From Eledone cirrhosa (taxonomy: Eukaryota), in the NCBI GenBank assembly GCA_964016885.1, contig OZ024747.1, forward strand, positions 77,872,001-77,936,000: a stretch of 64,000 nucleotides of DNA, in the 5' to 3' direction. Shown here in pieces: positions 51,870-64,000 of the stretch. A model generated the notes under the pieces. That model searched no databases. It worked only from the letters and a program-made list of their open reading frames with translations, and had not been told where the DNA came from. Within the stretch, counting starts at the first letter, position 1. Each line of letters opens with the position of its first letter. Both the position numbers and the translations under genes were made by a program.

Positions 51870-52796
51870 GTATGTTGTTAATCATAATGGAAGGGATATT
51901 TCCTTTTGAATTATTTCTTCTTGGCTTTTTTTGGAAGAAAGGGGGTCATTGTGACGCCCTTCATAATCCTTCTGATGACATTGAGACTAAAGTGGTTGGG
52001 TTTTTTTAACAACTGCAAGGAAAACTATTGTAGAGAGATGACAATATTGGGAGGGAGCACTGGGTAAAAATGGTAAGTGCAGGGCCTAAAGTGACTGGAA
52101 TGTGGTTTTTGTATTGCTGTTGTTGTTGGACATCCGTCAGTTTCGACGATCAATTTTCCAGTTGTTTGAATAATGTGGCTATGCATACCCCAAGCACGTG
52201 TACTCTTAACGTAGTTTTCAGGGTGATTTAACGTGGCACAGTGTGTGACAAAGCTGGCCATTGAATTACATGTATAATTCATTTTCGCCCGCTGTCACCT
52301 TTTTTTCGTCTCCCAGAAGATTTGAACCCCGTACTGTACACCAACAGAACACTGATCACATCCACAGCATCACCGCAACTTACAGCAGTCAATAATACCA
52401 TCCTGCTTACATTCAGGTGAAGAGTTAAAAGCGAAGTGTAGACGAATGTAAGATTATGACAGGATACAAACACATGACAGCTTTTCATCCCAATTGACTC
52501 AACCACGTTCGGTGTTTAATGTATCTTGACTACAGGCCAACGAAACAAACAGCCGTTAGTTTCACAGTGCTCCCGCTGCTTACTGTTCTGAGTACAGATT
52601 GTTTTTTACTAGATTCTAGTTAGATGACATTGATCATAGAGAGTTAAGTGACATACCCAAGGACATAATATAATACAGGTGACAGAATCATGTTTGTAAA
52701 ACTATAGAAAATGAAAATAGATAAAATTAAAACCGAAAAACCAAAATAAATAAGTAATTGAATAACTCAATATTTTTTAATGTAAATATTTTCCAG

Positions 52797-53353
52797 CGAT
52801 TCTTGCAGCAGAAAAAGTTAAAAAATACCGAAGACGTAACCCAGGGAAAGACATTCCTCCATACATTCGAAGGAGGAGGAGAAATATATATTATCTTATG
52901 CCCAAAGCACCGCGTATCTCACAAGGAATTATTAAAAAAATACCTGTGAAATTGGCAATAACGAAAAAAACTGTTTCATGTTCCAAACCTTACCGACCTC
53001 GGCAGTTTTTAAGAAAAGTAGCATTGCCCAAATCAATATGTTTGCGTGAAACCGATGTCCGCCCTTTCTTCGTAACTAATTTTGAAAAACACACTAAATT
53101 TTATACGGAGTTTTTCCCCCTCATCGGTGAATGGACGGAACCTAAAATAGAATCTCTTTCAAAAAGTATTGAGGATAATCATTTCGACGATAATACGTAT
53201 GAGGCCCAACAGTCATTCTGGATAAACGTGAAGAAATTTCAGCAAGCTTATAGCTCAAAGCTAGATCAAGCTTTTAAAAGGTTGACTAACTCAAAAATAG
53301 CTTCTCATCTCAATTCAGATGTGTTTTATCCGTGGAGATGGGAATTACCATAA
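52797..53353 (+). CDS. Candidate terminal exon of an unknown basic protein (ILAAEKVKKYRRR...YPWRWELP*)
   Basis: ttttccag acceptor, then 557 nt of non-repetitive frame, open up to the terminal TAA, in AT-rich DNA. Confidence 0.55.
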
Positions 53354-53382
53354 AGGTAATAATAATAATAATAATAATAATA

Positions 53383-53819
53383 ATTTCATTTATTGGCCAC
53401 AAGGGCCGACATGTAGGGGACAATACAAAGACAGGGACAGTGGGGGGTTTACAATAAGGTCGACTAAAAGTGCACAATGGCAAGACTAATTTTACAATGA
53501 AGATATAAAAATATAAAATAAACTATGCATAAATATAACAAAATAAATTCCCCTATAGGGGGTGGACGACCCAGGGGTAACTCAAATACCCCACCAATCC
53601 TGAACCACCCGACGCTTCGAGAGCACCCGGAAAGGGCACCCCTCTCCTCCTCAAATTTACCCACCTACAGGCGCATGATCAGAGTAGGCCCACTCACACG
53701 GGCCATTCTCGCCTCATTCACCCACCTTTCAACAAATGTACTGAGGGGCAGCACTTCTCTCTCCACCCTCACCTTCCTTTCCAAATGAAACTTGAAAAAG
53801 TTGATAATAATGATGATGA

Positions 53820-53853
<34 letters not shown>

Positions 53854-53948
53854 GGTGGTGGTGGTGGTGGTGGTGGTGGTGGTGGTGGTGGTGGTGATGG
53901 TGATGACGATGGTGATGGTGGTGGTGGTGGTGATGATGGTGATGGTGG

Positions 53949-53997
<49 letters not shown>

Positions 53998-54250
53998 AAC
54001 GATGGTGATGATGGTGGTGATGATGATGTTGATGATGATAACGATGGTGATGATGGTGGTGATGGTGGTGTTCGACATAAGTCTACAAGTCAGCAATACT
54101 CGGACACTGGACGAGTGGAGGACGGTCTCGCCACCCTGCACACATTTCAAACAGGCCCGACTGACGGCACTTCCATTCCTGTACAGTTTATCTCCAGCCG
54201 ACAATACTCCCGGTCCCCGGTAACATTGTCAGATCAGGGCTTTCTCAGAT
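53383..54250 (-). mobile_element. Decayed Tx1-like 3' portion, (TTA)n-tailed, interrupted by a (GAT/GGT)n tract
   Basis: DKLYRNGSAVSRACLKC and FFKFHLERKVRVEREVL match the ORF2 C-terminus. Confidence 0.85.
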
Positions 54251-54292
54251 TTATTCATGCAAAAGTCCTCCAGAAAAGTTATGAAAATCTGC

Positions 54293-54975
<683 letters not shown>

Positions 54976-55870
54976 GTATTTTGATGTGGGTTATTGCACT
55001 ATGCGAGGCTTCTTTTAGTTCTCGTGGCGAGTTCTGTTGTAATGATGGCGAGGTTTTTTTGGTGGTGGTGGGGGGGATTATGTTGCGGCTGTGATTGTTG
55101 TTGATGCTGTTGATGTCACTACTGACTCTGGTGTTGTGGTGGTGAAGTGTTTGCAGTGTTATCAGTAAGGGGATTCTCCATTTTGTCTCTTGGGTCGTTT
55201 GCCTGATACGACAATTCTTGTACGACAAGAAAACGCGCCGCGGACCTTTAAGAAGCATGAAGTAAGCAGTATTTACAGTTCTGACCAGTTTTTGTGGTGG
55301 TTGATTTGATCTTGGCCATTCCCCTATTTTCTCCAGGTCACCGCTTTGTACTGGATGTTTGCATAGAAATCATACGTCCTATATTGTGATATTGGTTATA
55401 CCCCATCCCATATAAAATGGCAGCAAAAGCTACTCTACAAATACACAGTCTCATTGGTAGAACTTTTCCGAATTTCACCCTCTCTTTCCCTGCCATATAT
55501 TACTTTATATGTCTTTCAGACAGCTCTCACCTTGTGTCGGTGTTCAATTGTTCACGAGCCCTAGTTTAGACAATACGCACCTTGTGTTCTCACCAGAAGG
55601 CTTTTGTCTCCTGATGATGATGTATGATCCAGAACAGCGTGGTGACATTTGTGGACGAAATATGTTTGTTTGAGATCGCTGTGTTTGTGAAACCACTGCT
55701 TCTTTTGCCACCGGCAGCTGACAGAAAAGTCGCTCTCCTTGCGTTGTTGTTGTAGCCATAGACGCGTTACAAAAGCTTCTATTACTGCTACTCTTCCTAC
55801 ACCTCCTCACCTTTGCTGTTATTTCTCCCTTTTCATCTTCGGTAGGTTGTTCTTATAATGCCACTCGGCC

Positions 55871-55907
<37 letters not shown>

Positions 55908-56099
55908 GCTAATGCCACCCGCTTTCTCTTATGTAAAACCAGTGTTAAAGGTGGTTACTTTGCTGACTGGGAGGAGAAGTCGATTTTAGCGAAAGAAATG
56001 AGAGGGAGACCTCCCACCAAATTACTGGCCTTGCGCCTATAGTAGAAATCAACATCATCATCATTATTATTATTGTTATTATTGTCATTATTGTTGTTG

Positions 56100-56985
56100 T
56101 TCTTTGAGTCTCAGTCATTGATGTTATTTAACTGGAAAGTTTGTTGAAATGAATATCAAGCCACTACCTGCAGCCTCAGACATTCGGGACGTATCGGAGG
56201 GTTCTTGCTGTTCCCAGAAAGCATCCCTTTTGAAGTGTTCCAAAAAGCGGGGCTGGACTAATCTCCTTTGACCATCCTTGGAAACTCTTTGAGATAGTAC
56301 CTAGTGCGCCTATGACAATCGGGACGACCTTGATTTTATGACAGTTCCGAATCCTTTTTACCTCCCACTTTAAATCCTGGTATCGGTTAATTTTCTCCCT
56401 CTCCTTTTCTTGCACTCTCGTGTTGAATGGGCAGGCTACATCTACAATCAGGCACAATCTTTTTTCCTTGTCCAAAACCACCAGGTCAGGACTATTGTGT
56501 TCTAATTTCTTGTACGTCTGTATCCGAAATAATTATTATTATTATTATTATTATTGTTGTTATTACTCTTTGAGTCTCAGTCATTGATGTTAGTTAACTG
56601 GAAAGTTTGTTGAAATGAATATTAAGCCACTACCTGCAGCCTCAGATATTCAGGACGTATCGGAGGGTTCTTGCTGTTACCAGCAAGCATGCCTTTTGAA
56701 GCGTTCCAAAAAGCGTGAAGGGGCCAATTTTCTTTAACCATCCCTGGGAACTTTTTGAGATAGTCCCTAGTGCGCCTATGACAATCGGGATCACTTTGAC
56801 TTCATGGCAGTTCCAAATCCTTTTTACCTCCCACTTTAAGTCCTGTTATCGGTTAATTTTCTCCCTCTCCTTCTCTTGCACTCTCGTGTCGAATGGGCAG
56901 GCCACATCCACAATCAGGCACGATCTTTTTTCTTTGTCCACAACCACCAGGTCAGGTCTATTGTGTTCCAGTTTCTTGTCCGTCT

Positions 56986-56987
<2 letters not shown>
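56100..56987 (-). mobile_element. Two tandem 3' fragments (RLE domain plus 3' UTR) of a third R4/Dong-like family in (TAA)n
   Basis: HN(S/R)PDLVV.DKEKR.CLIVDVACPF..K...VPIVIGALG; copies about 56100-56527 and 56568-56987 separated and flanked by (ATT)n. Confidence 0.88.
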
Positions 56988-57032
<45 letters not shown>

Positions 57033-57250
57033 GAATGCTATGGTTGACGGAGGCTCGGCTCTGTAAGGTATTGTGAATTTTGAACGCTATAACAATTGTA
57101 AATCGTTTAAAACTTTAACGAACTTGTAGACAAAAACACCCTCCTCCTCGTGAGAGGGGTCTTTCTGCCCGTTATTTGGCCCTTCGGGGTTAAATAACTG
57201 CTTATTGGGGTTTTGTGCCCAATATTTATTTTAAAGAAAAAAAAAACAAC

Positions 57251-59353
57251 ATGGCTACGAAAAAGAATTTTCATAGGTCACTCCCACTCATTCCGTCTTC
57301 TTCTTCCTCAATCATCACTACAGCAGAGAGAAGATTGTCTCTCTCCCTCCCTTCTTTAAATGTGTCTCTCTCCCTCCCTTCTCTTTCGCAAGCGACGACA
57401 AAAAAGAAAAGTCTCGTGCAAAGCGTGCAAGATTTCTCCACGACGACGACGACAACGACGAAACAGGTGTGCGGGAAATACGAAAACCCAGTTCATTCGT
57501 CTGACGTCAGGAATAATAGCAGTAGCAGCCGTAATAACAACAGCAACAGTGACAATGAAAACAACAGTAGCAGCCGCAACAGCATCACCAGCAGCATAAA
57601 CAACAACAGCATTAGCAGCAGCAACACCAACAACAACCACAACAACAGCGGCGGAGGCAGTAGTCGTAGTACTTGCAGCAACAACAAAAGTAACAGCAGC
57701 TCTGACGACAACAACAACAACAGCAGCAAAGAAAAACCAATCTCATTTGCAGGTATTGCGAAAAACCTGGAAACAATCCTCATGACAAATGAGGAATTAG
57801 AGGAAGCGAAGAAGATGGTGACAAAGAATGGACACCGAGCAATCTGCAAGGCAGCGGAAAATTTTTTCGAGACCCAACAGCACTGTACGGTCACGTACCG
57901 TACAGTAAGTACAAAATCCCGTAGGGTTGAAAGAGCCACAGAGGCTCAAATACAAAAAGCCTTGGGGTCTGTGTGGCAGCGGAAAACGCACATCACCCGA
58001 GGCAAAAAATATGCCACCGTAGACGTACTTTTTGCCACACCCCAGGAGGCAAAGGCTCAATCCGTAGTGACCCTAAGGAGCGAGGAAATGGTGTTGGTGC
58101 CCTCCTACTGCGGGCAAAAAATTGTGAGGGTCAAACTGACCCACGTCCCCCCCGGGATGGCCCCTTCTTGGCTGGCCGCGTCTGTCCTCGTCGGAATCGA
58201 GGACAAAACAACTGTACTGCAAGTACAGAAAAAAGTAAGAGAAGATTGGGTCGGCACCTCCATTGAGATGCTAATCCAAACCAACCAGGAGTGCATCGAA
58301 GCTATCCCGGATGTGATAGACTTTGATAACGGCACTCAACTGCCCATAAGTGTTGAGGGCAAACGCCCGAAATGCTTTCGCTGTGGATCGAAGACTCACC
58401 TCAGGGCCTTCTGCAACGAGAAGACCCTGAGAAAGGAGAAAACCCCCCTCCTTCCGAAACCGGCTCCACGGCTACCAGCAACAGGACAAGCGGCAACCAG
58501 GAACGATAGGTCCGTGGCACCCATACCCACGCCACGGAAATCAAAAACAGCAGCAGCAGTGGAAATATTAACAACAACAACAGCAATACCAAATGCAGCT
58601 GCAACAGAGACTCCAGTGCAAACATTACCAACAACAACAAGTGAAAGAGTGGAGCTGGTACCCCTCCCCGACCTCACAGAATCAGACATGGAGTGTGAGG
58701 TGGGAGAGGGATGGCAAAAGGTCGTAAGAAGGCACAAACGCAGAAGCAGCGCATCGTCGCCTTTGAAAAGGGAGGAAAGAAATGAGAAAAGGGTAAAGTC
58801 TACTGCAAAGAGACTCACAGCAGCAACACCACCAACACCATCACCACCCACACTAGCACCACCATCACCACCGGCGACAACCCCACAGCCAACAACACCT
58901 TCAACACCACCACCACAAGCACCAACATCGCAAACACAACAACAAAACACACACACCCAGCAACAACGACAAGAAAATAGCAGAACCACACCCCACCCCC
59001 AGAAAAACAAATGCACGGCAATAAATACACACAACAAGAAACTAATGACTTACATAATTGAACACACAGACATTTCACAACACGACTACATAATACCAGC
59101 ACCAATCAAAACGCCAACTAACATCAGACTGCTAAAAATAACACAGAAACAATACACAAACATTAAAACGAAATTCCCCAACGCAGTTGGTGATTTCAGG
59201 GACCTAGGAGGAACTATCAATCGAAGAGTATATTCGGACATACTCATAGAAGAGCCGACGACCAGCCGAAGGGACGATTCAACGGTCCCTTCACCAGACG
59301 ATCAAGTGAAAAGGGATGTAAAAACCATCCCTCCTCTACGAAAAGTACGATAA
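57251..59353 (+). CDS. LINE ORF1 (gag-like, CCHC zinc knuckle, Ser/Asn and Pro/Thr low-complexity tracts), 700 aa
   Basis: ATG 57251; CFRCGSKTHLRAFC knuckle; W.KV.RR motif; 35 nt upstream of ORF2. Confidence 0.88.
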   Translation: MATKKNFHRSLPLIPSSSSSIITTAERRLSLSLPSLNVSLSLPSLSQATTKKKSLVQSVQDFSTTTTTTTKQVCGKYENPVHSSDVRNNSSSSRNNNSNSDNENNSSSRNSITSSINNNSISSSNTNNNHNNSGGGSSRSTCSNNKSNSSSDDNNNNSSKEKPISFAGIAKNLETILMTNEELEEAKKMVTKNGHRAICKAAENFFETQQHCTVTYRTVSTKSRRVERATEAQIQKALGSVWQRKTHITRGKKYATVDVLFATPQEAKAQSVVTLRSEEMVLVPSYCGQKIVRVKLTHVPPGMAPSWLAASVLVGIEDKTTVLQVQKKVREDWVGTSIEMLIQTNQECIEAIPDVIDFDNGTQLPISVEGKRPKCFRCGSKTHLRAFCNEKTLRKEKTPLLPKPAPRLPATGQAATRNDRSVAPIPTPRKSKTAAAVEILTTTTAIPNAAATETPVQTLPTTTSERVELVPLPDLTESDMECEVGEGWQKVVRRHKRRSSASSPLKREERNEKRVKSTAKRLTAATPPTPSPPTLAPPSPPATTPQPTTPSTPPPQAPTSQTQQQNTHTQQQRQENSRTTPHPQKNKCTAINTHNKKLMTYIIEHTDISQHDYIIPAPIKTPTNIRLLKITQKQYTNIKTKFPNAVGDFRDLGGTINRRVYSDILIEEPTTSRRDDSTVPSPDDQVKRDVKTIPPLRKVR

Positions 59354-59388
59354 GTGGTCTTTCCCATCTTTTCCACTCTATTTTAAAC

Positions 59389-62300
59389 ATGACCTCACTC
59401 AGAATAGGCAGCATAAATGCGCGTGGCTTGGGGTCGTCATGGAAGCAGGGTCACCTGCTCAACGACCTCAGGTCACTAAACATAGATGTAGTGGCCATCA
59501 GCGAGACCAGAATCTCCGAAGCACGGGCCTTCGCACCGATCTTCGGCGGCTACGATGTGTACGCATCTCCCAGCCGTCCTGGATCGGGTGGAGGAGTTGC
59601 TGTGCTTTTTCGGAGAGGTTTGCATCTCGCCATACGGGCCATCTTCCTGGAACCAGAGGGTAAGCTGGTGGTGCTGGACGTGACCAGCGGAGACGGGCAA
59701 GCTTTCAGGCTAGTGGCCGTCTATGCCCCGACAGGAGCAGGGCGGCCTGATTTCTTCCGGCGTCTGGAGACCTTTCTTGGAACGTCCCGCTCTTTAGTGT
59801 TAGTGGGCGACTGGAACGGGATCTTAGATGCACGCTGGGACTGTGTGGGATTAGCGGATAGGGGTGGAGGGTGCAAGAGCCTCACCAACCTGCTCAGGCA
59901 TTTTGAACTGTCTGACAGGTACCGATTGGATTTCCCGAATGTGCCAATGTGGACTTGGACAAACCGCATATGGTCATCCAGATCATATCTAGATAGAGTA
60001 TTTTGTAGGGAAATAGATAGGTCTAGCATAGGCTGTCCACAATTCAAGATAGTCAGCTACACGGACCACAAATTCGTGATCTGTGTGCTTGACTTAGATA
60101 GGCTTCATAGACGAGGACCCGGCTACTGGAAGCTAAACGCATCCTTACCAGCGCGCAAGGCCTACAGAGACCGGATTAGCGAACTAGTTAAGCGGGCGTT
60201 GACGGGGGCCATCGTCAACAACAAGTGGTGGTTTGCTCTGAAAAGAGCGATTAGAATAGAATCGATTAGGTTTAGTAAGGCTTTAGCAATAGAGAAAAAT
60301 AGAGCAGAGGGAGAACTAGTTAGAAAATTAGACGAGGCGCTTAGCAAAGGCATTGCGACCGACGTGCTTGCGGCGAAATTGGCCCTTGACCAATTCTTCA
60401 ATGCAAAGCACGAAGGCTGCGTTGTCAGAGCAAGGGTGCGTGCTCTCAGACACGAGGGGACGAAAGCCGTTCAATGGGCCCGAGTGGCGGAGGCGCGTCG
60501 TGGCAACAAAGCCACGATCCGGTCTTTGGTGGACCACGACGGGCGCATGCTACTCGATCCCGGGCAAATGTGTGAAGCTTTTCAGCGACACTTCGCTCAG
60601 CTGTTCGGGGGCAGCGGTGGGCCGGGTAGAGGGATGGACTTTAGTGTCTACCTCGACGGACTGCCGCGGCTCTCGGCCACTGAGGCGAAGTGTTGCGAAA
60701 AGCCGATAACAGCCGCTGAAGTAAGGGAGGCAATGACTGGCTGCACAAGGGGTAAATCGCCTGGTTTGGATAGTCTGCCCTATGAACTTTACGTACAGAT
60801 GCCAGACTTGTTCGGAGGCCTCTTGGCGGACGTCTACTGCAACTGGCAACAGAACGGGAGAATTCCCAGTTCTGTGAGCCGAGGAGCGGTGGCACTGCTG
60901 AGAAAGGATCCGAACAAGGGGGATAACATAGACAATTTCCGGCCCATAACTCTGCTAAACACAGAGTTCAAGATTTTGGCCAAGGTGCTAGCAAAGAGGC
61001 TGGCGCTTGTCGTTGGTGGTCTGGTGGGAGAGGCGCAGACATGCGCCATTCCCGACAGATCCATCCACGACAACCTCCACCTCATGCGATACATCGTAGA
61101 GAGGGTAGCTAGGGAACCTGGCACGGGTGGGTCCTTGATCAATTTAGATCAGTCGAAAGCTTTCGATAGGGTCAACCATCGTTACCTAGCGGCAGTCCTG
61201 AGGGCGGCTGGCTTTGGGCCCGTCTTCAGAGGCTGGATCGCTGCCATGCACAGCGACATCTGCTCTGTGGTGAGAGTGAACGGTCACCTGTCGGAACCGT
61301 TCAACATCATGCGCTCGGTTCGCCAAGGATGTCCCCTCTCGTCCCTCTTGTACGTATTGACTCTCGAGCCATTACTGCACAAACTGGAGACGTTGAGGGG
61401 CGTCCCGCGCGAACTAGGATGCGGAAGATCCGTGTCAGCATATGCGGACGATGTCACCGTAGTGGTGTCGAACGCCAAACACATCGAGGCGATCGGCACT
61501 ACACTAAGAGAATACGAAGCGGTGACAGGAGCAATGATCAACCAGGAAAAGTCAGTGGGCCTGCAGCTCGGCACCTGGAGAGGCAGGTCCATGCCGTCCA
61601 ACAGCGTCGTCGGACGCTGGACGGACGGACCGGTTAAATTGCTAGGGGTCTGGTTCGGTCCGGACCTCCAGACGGACAAAAACTGGGACGAGGTGACGAG
61701 CAGGGTGGCTTCTCTCACCCAGAAATGGGAGGAGAGGAAGCTATACCTGAAAGGTCGAGCGGAGGTGGATAACGCGTACATCGCGTCTGTCATCTGCTTC
61801 CGCCTGACCGTCGTACCTTGTCCTAAGCCTCGCCTGACTGCGCTGGAGCGTTTGCTCTTTCGCTTTTTGTGGAAGGGACGCGCTCCAATGGTCAGGCGGT
61901 CCATCTGTTGTCAACACCCGCTAGGTGGAGGGCTGGGCATGCCGTGGCTGATGATGCGCAGGCACGCGCTCAGCCTACGACATCTCCACCTCTTCCTCGA
62001 CGGTGATCAGGTGTGGTCGCCGTTTTCTAGACACGTATTTCCCCAGCTCGTTTCCTTGACGGAGCTGCAGTCCTGGGTCAAGCGAAGACCGAGAGGGAGC
62101 GCCTGGAGACTGGAATGTCTTCAGGCGCTCACAGCCCTCGACCAATCGGGCAATGTGATCGGTGGAAACTCCACCTCGGCGTTCTATAGAGGATTAGTGG
62201 AGGGGAAGAGCGACGACGTACTTGGGGAAACTCTAGGCGTCGACGAAAATCAACTAGCCAATCTCTTCGGAAGAACTTTCGGGCCAGGGCCTATGGACAA

Positions 62301-62664
62301 CTTCCAGAAATCTCTGGCCTGGCAGTGCTACCGAGGAGCCTTGCTAGTTCGGGATAAACTCTACAGTCATGGAGGTGCCGTCAGCCGGGCATGTCCGAGA
62401 TGCGCGCAGGGCGACGAAACCGCCCTGCACGCACTCGTCCAGTGTCCGAAAATTGCTGACTTGTGGGTTTATGTCGAACACCTGCTGTCGCGTTTAGGAC
62501 GGATCCGGCTATCATCTGAGTCCATCGTGAGGATTGCCCCGCCCTCCTCCTTTAGCCGGGAAGGGCAGGCAGTTTTTATCTGTCTGGTGGCCATGGCGAA
62601 AGAGATAGTATGGTGGACACGTTTGAAAGGGCTGAAGACGAGCACTTACCTCTTCGGTGATTGA
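59389..62664 (+). CDS. LINE ORF2 (APE endonuclease, RT, C-terminal Cys motif); a late frameshift displaces the last ~45 aa, which continue to 62800
   Basis: SINARGL, ISET, VYAP, GDWN, YLDR, TDHK, RQGCPLS, AYADD, CPRC..ET..H....C. Confidence 0.95.
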   Translation: MTSLRIGSINARGLGSSWKQGHLLNDLRSLNIDVVAISETRISEARAFAPIFGGYDVYASPSRPGSGGGVAVLFRRGLHLAIRAIFLEPEGKLVVLDVTSGDGQAFRLVAVYAPTGAGRPDFFRRLETFLGTSRSLVLVGDWNGILDARWDCVGLADRGGGCKSLTNLLRHFELSDRYRLDFPNVPMWTWTNRIWSSRSYLDRVFCREIDRSSIGCPQFKIVSYTDHKFVICVLDLDRLHRRGPGYWKLNASLPARKAYRDRISELVKRALTGAIVNNKWWFALKRAIRIESIRFSKALAIEKNRAEGELVRKLDEALSKGIATDVLAAKLALDQFFNAKHEGCVVRARVRALRHEGTKAVQWARVAEARRGNKATIRSLVDHDGRMLLDPGQMCEAFQRHFAQLFGGSGGPGRGMDFSVYLDGLPRLSATEAKCCEKPITAAEVREAMTGCTRGKSPGLDSLPYELYVQMPDLFGGLLADVYCNWQQNGRIPSSVSRGAVALLRKDPNKGDNIDNFRPITLLNTEFKILAKVLAKRLALVVGGLVGEAQTCAIPDRSIHDNLHLMRYIVERVAREPGTGGSLINLDQSKAFDRVNHRYLAAVLRAAGFGPVFRGWIAAMHSDICSVVRVNGHLSEPFNIMRSVRQGCPLSSLLYVLTLEPLLHKLETLRGVPRELGCGRSVSAYADDVTVVVSNAKHIEAIGTTLREYEAVTGAMINQEKSVGLQLGTWRGRSMPSNSVVGRWTDGPVKLLGVWFGPDLQTDKNWDEVTSRVASLTQKWEERKLYLKGRAEVDNAYIASVICFRLTVVPCPKPRLTALERLLFRFLWKGRAPMVRRSICCQHPLGGGLGMPWLMMRRHALSLRHLHLFLDGDQVWSPFSRHVFPQLVSLTELQSWVKRRPRGSAWRLECLQALTALDQSGNVIGGNSTSAFYRGLVEGKSDDVLGETLGVDENQLANLFGRTFGPGPMDNFQKSLAWQCYRGALLVRDKLYSHGGAVSRACPRCAQGDETALHALVQCPKIADLWVYVEHLLSRLGRIRLSSESIVRIAPPSSFSREGQAVFICLVAMAKEIVWWTRLKGLKTSTYLFGD

Positions 62665-63049
62665 CTTTTTCAAATTTCATTTGAAAAGGAAAATCAGAGT
62701 AGAGAGGGAAGTGTTCTCTTCCCAGCATTTTGTTGAAAGATGGGTGAGAGAAGCAAGAATGGCCCGAGTGAATGGGCTTACTCTGAGTATATATCTGTAA
62801 ATTAAAGGTGGAAAACTGGGAGAGGGCACTTGCCTTGGTGGTCAGGGTCATTGTGGCCTTTTACTGGGCTTTCTCCACAAATGTCCCTCCGAAGTCTCCC
62901 CCCTATTCGGGAATTTTTCATTGTTATTTTTTGTTACATCCTCTGTTTTTGTTTTTTACACGCAGAAATGCCCATTTGTACCGTCCTGTATTGTCCTGCA
63001 CTGTCCTTAATGTCTACTTTATGTAAACCCTTGTGGTTAATAAAGAAAA

Positions 63050-63110
<61 letters not shown>

Positions 63111-63660
63111 AACGTTGTGGATTGGCAGTATCGGTAGAGTATCCAACGGACAATATTCTGTTGCGGCATATAGTTACGGCTCTTTACTGTCCTGGTGCCA
63201 AATGTAGACATAATAATAATAATTGTTTCTACTTTTGGCACAAAGCCAGCAATTATCCCAGTGTATTAATAATAATATTTATTATTATTATCATTAATTT
63301 CTTTATTTGCCACAAAGACAGAAAGGTGATTAGGATGACACATGGACAAGATAAAAAAAACACCGATAGGGGCCCATGTGGTCATGTAAAAATAAAATAA
63401 AATAAAAATATAACAACGCAGAAAATGTCCCTCGATTACATGTTTCCTTTCCATTGTTTAAATGATGTACATGCTTTCTGATGGAAACCCAATTAGGTTA
63501 CCAAACCAGTTAAAGAGATTTATCTTTATCTTTTTTCAATTTACAGGGAAATACATATATTTGACATATTTACATATATATATACCAAATGTGTGAATCT
63601 ATATACATATCTACGCAGTCTCAGTTACCGCTATTCTGTCTATATACAGATATTTCATGA

Positions 63661-63812
<152 letters not shown>

Positions 63813-64000
63813 GTATATATATTCCAATTGTACCTTGGTATTTTGCAGTGATGCTTAGTAACCCAAGCATGAACCTCTTTGTTAGCTATCTCCAATCCCC
63901 ATATTTTTTTTTATGATTGTTCATGTCACTAAGTTACTGTGGAGCTTATACTCAACACGGTGTTTGTTGAGCTCTGATGATTCGTGCCTAAAGGTGAGGA

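Larger units (their letters stand above)
57033..63050 (+). mobile_element. Full-length Tx1/L1-clade LINE in (TTA)n
   Basis: 5' UTR, ORF1, ORF2, 3' UTR ending aataaagaaaac; (ATT)n at 56986-57032 and 63051-63109. Confidence 0.93.

Overview
AT-rich, microsatellite-dense eukaryotic DNA. The repeat repertoire looks like an octopod cephalopod; this is inference, not verified. One clear host gene: nine + strand coding exons (1116-28297) splice in frame into a GRTP1/TBC1D6-like Rab-GAP whose first exon lies upstream of the window. A second, unrecognised two-exon ORF (51779-53353, 215 aa) is a candidate orphan gene. The rest is mostly retroelements: a near-intact R4/Dong-type RLE LINE, a full-length Tx1/L1-clade LINE, truncated RTE LINEs, a short non-autonomous RTE derivative, tRNA-derived SINEs, TTAA-flanked MITEs and palindromic Penelope-like remnants carrying hammerhead ribozyme cores. 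The main pattern is that each retroelement family sits in its own microsatellite: (CATA)n, (ATGT)n, (TATC)n, (TTA)n or (TA)n. A near-identical inverted RTE pair also brackets the two in-frame exons carrying both GAP catalytic fingers. All alignments and folds were done by eye.
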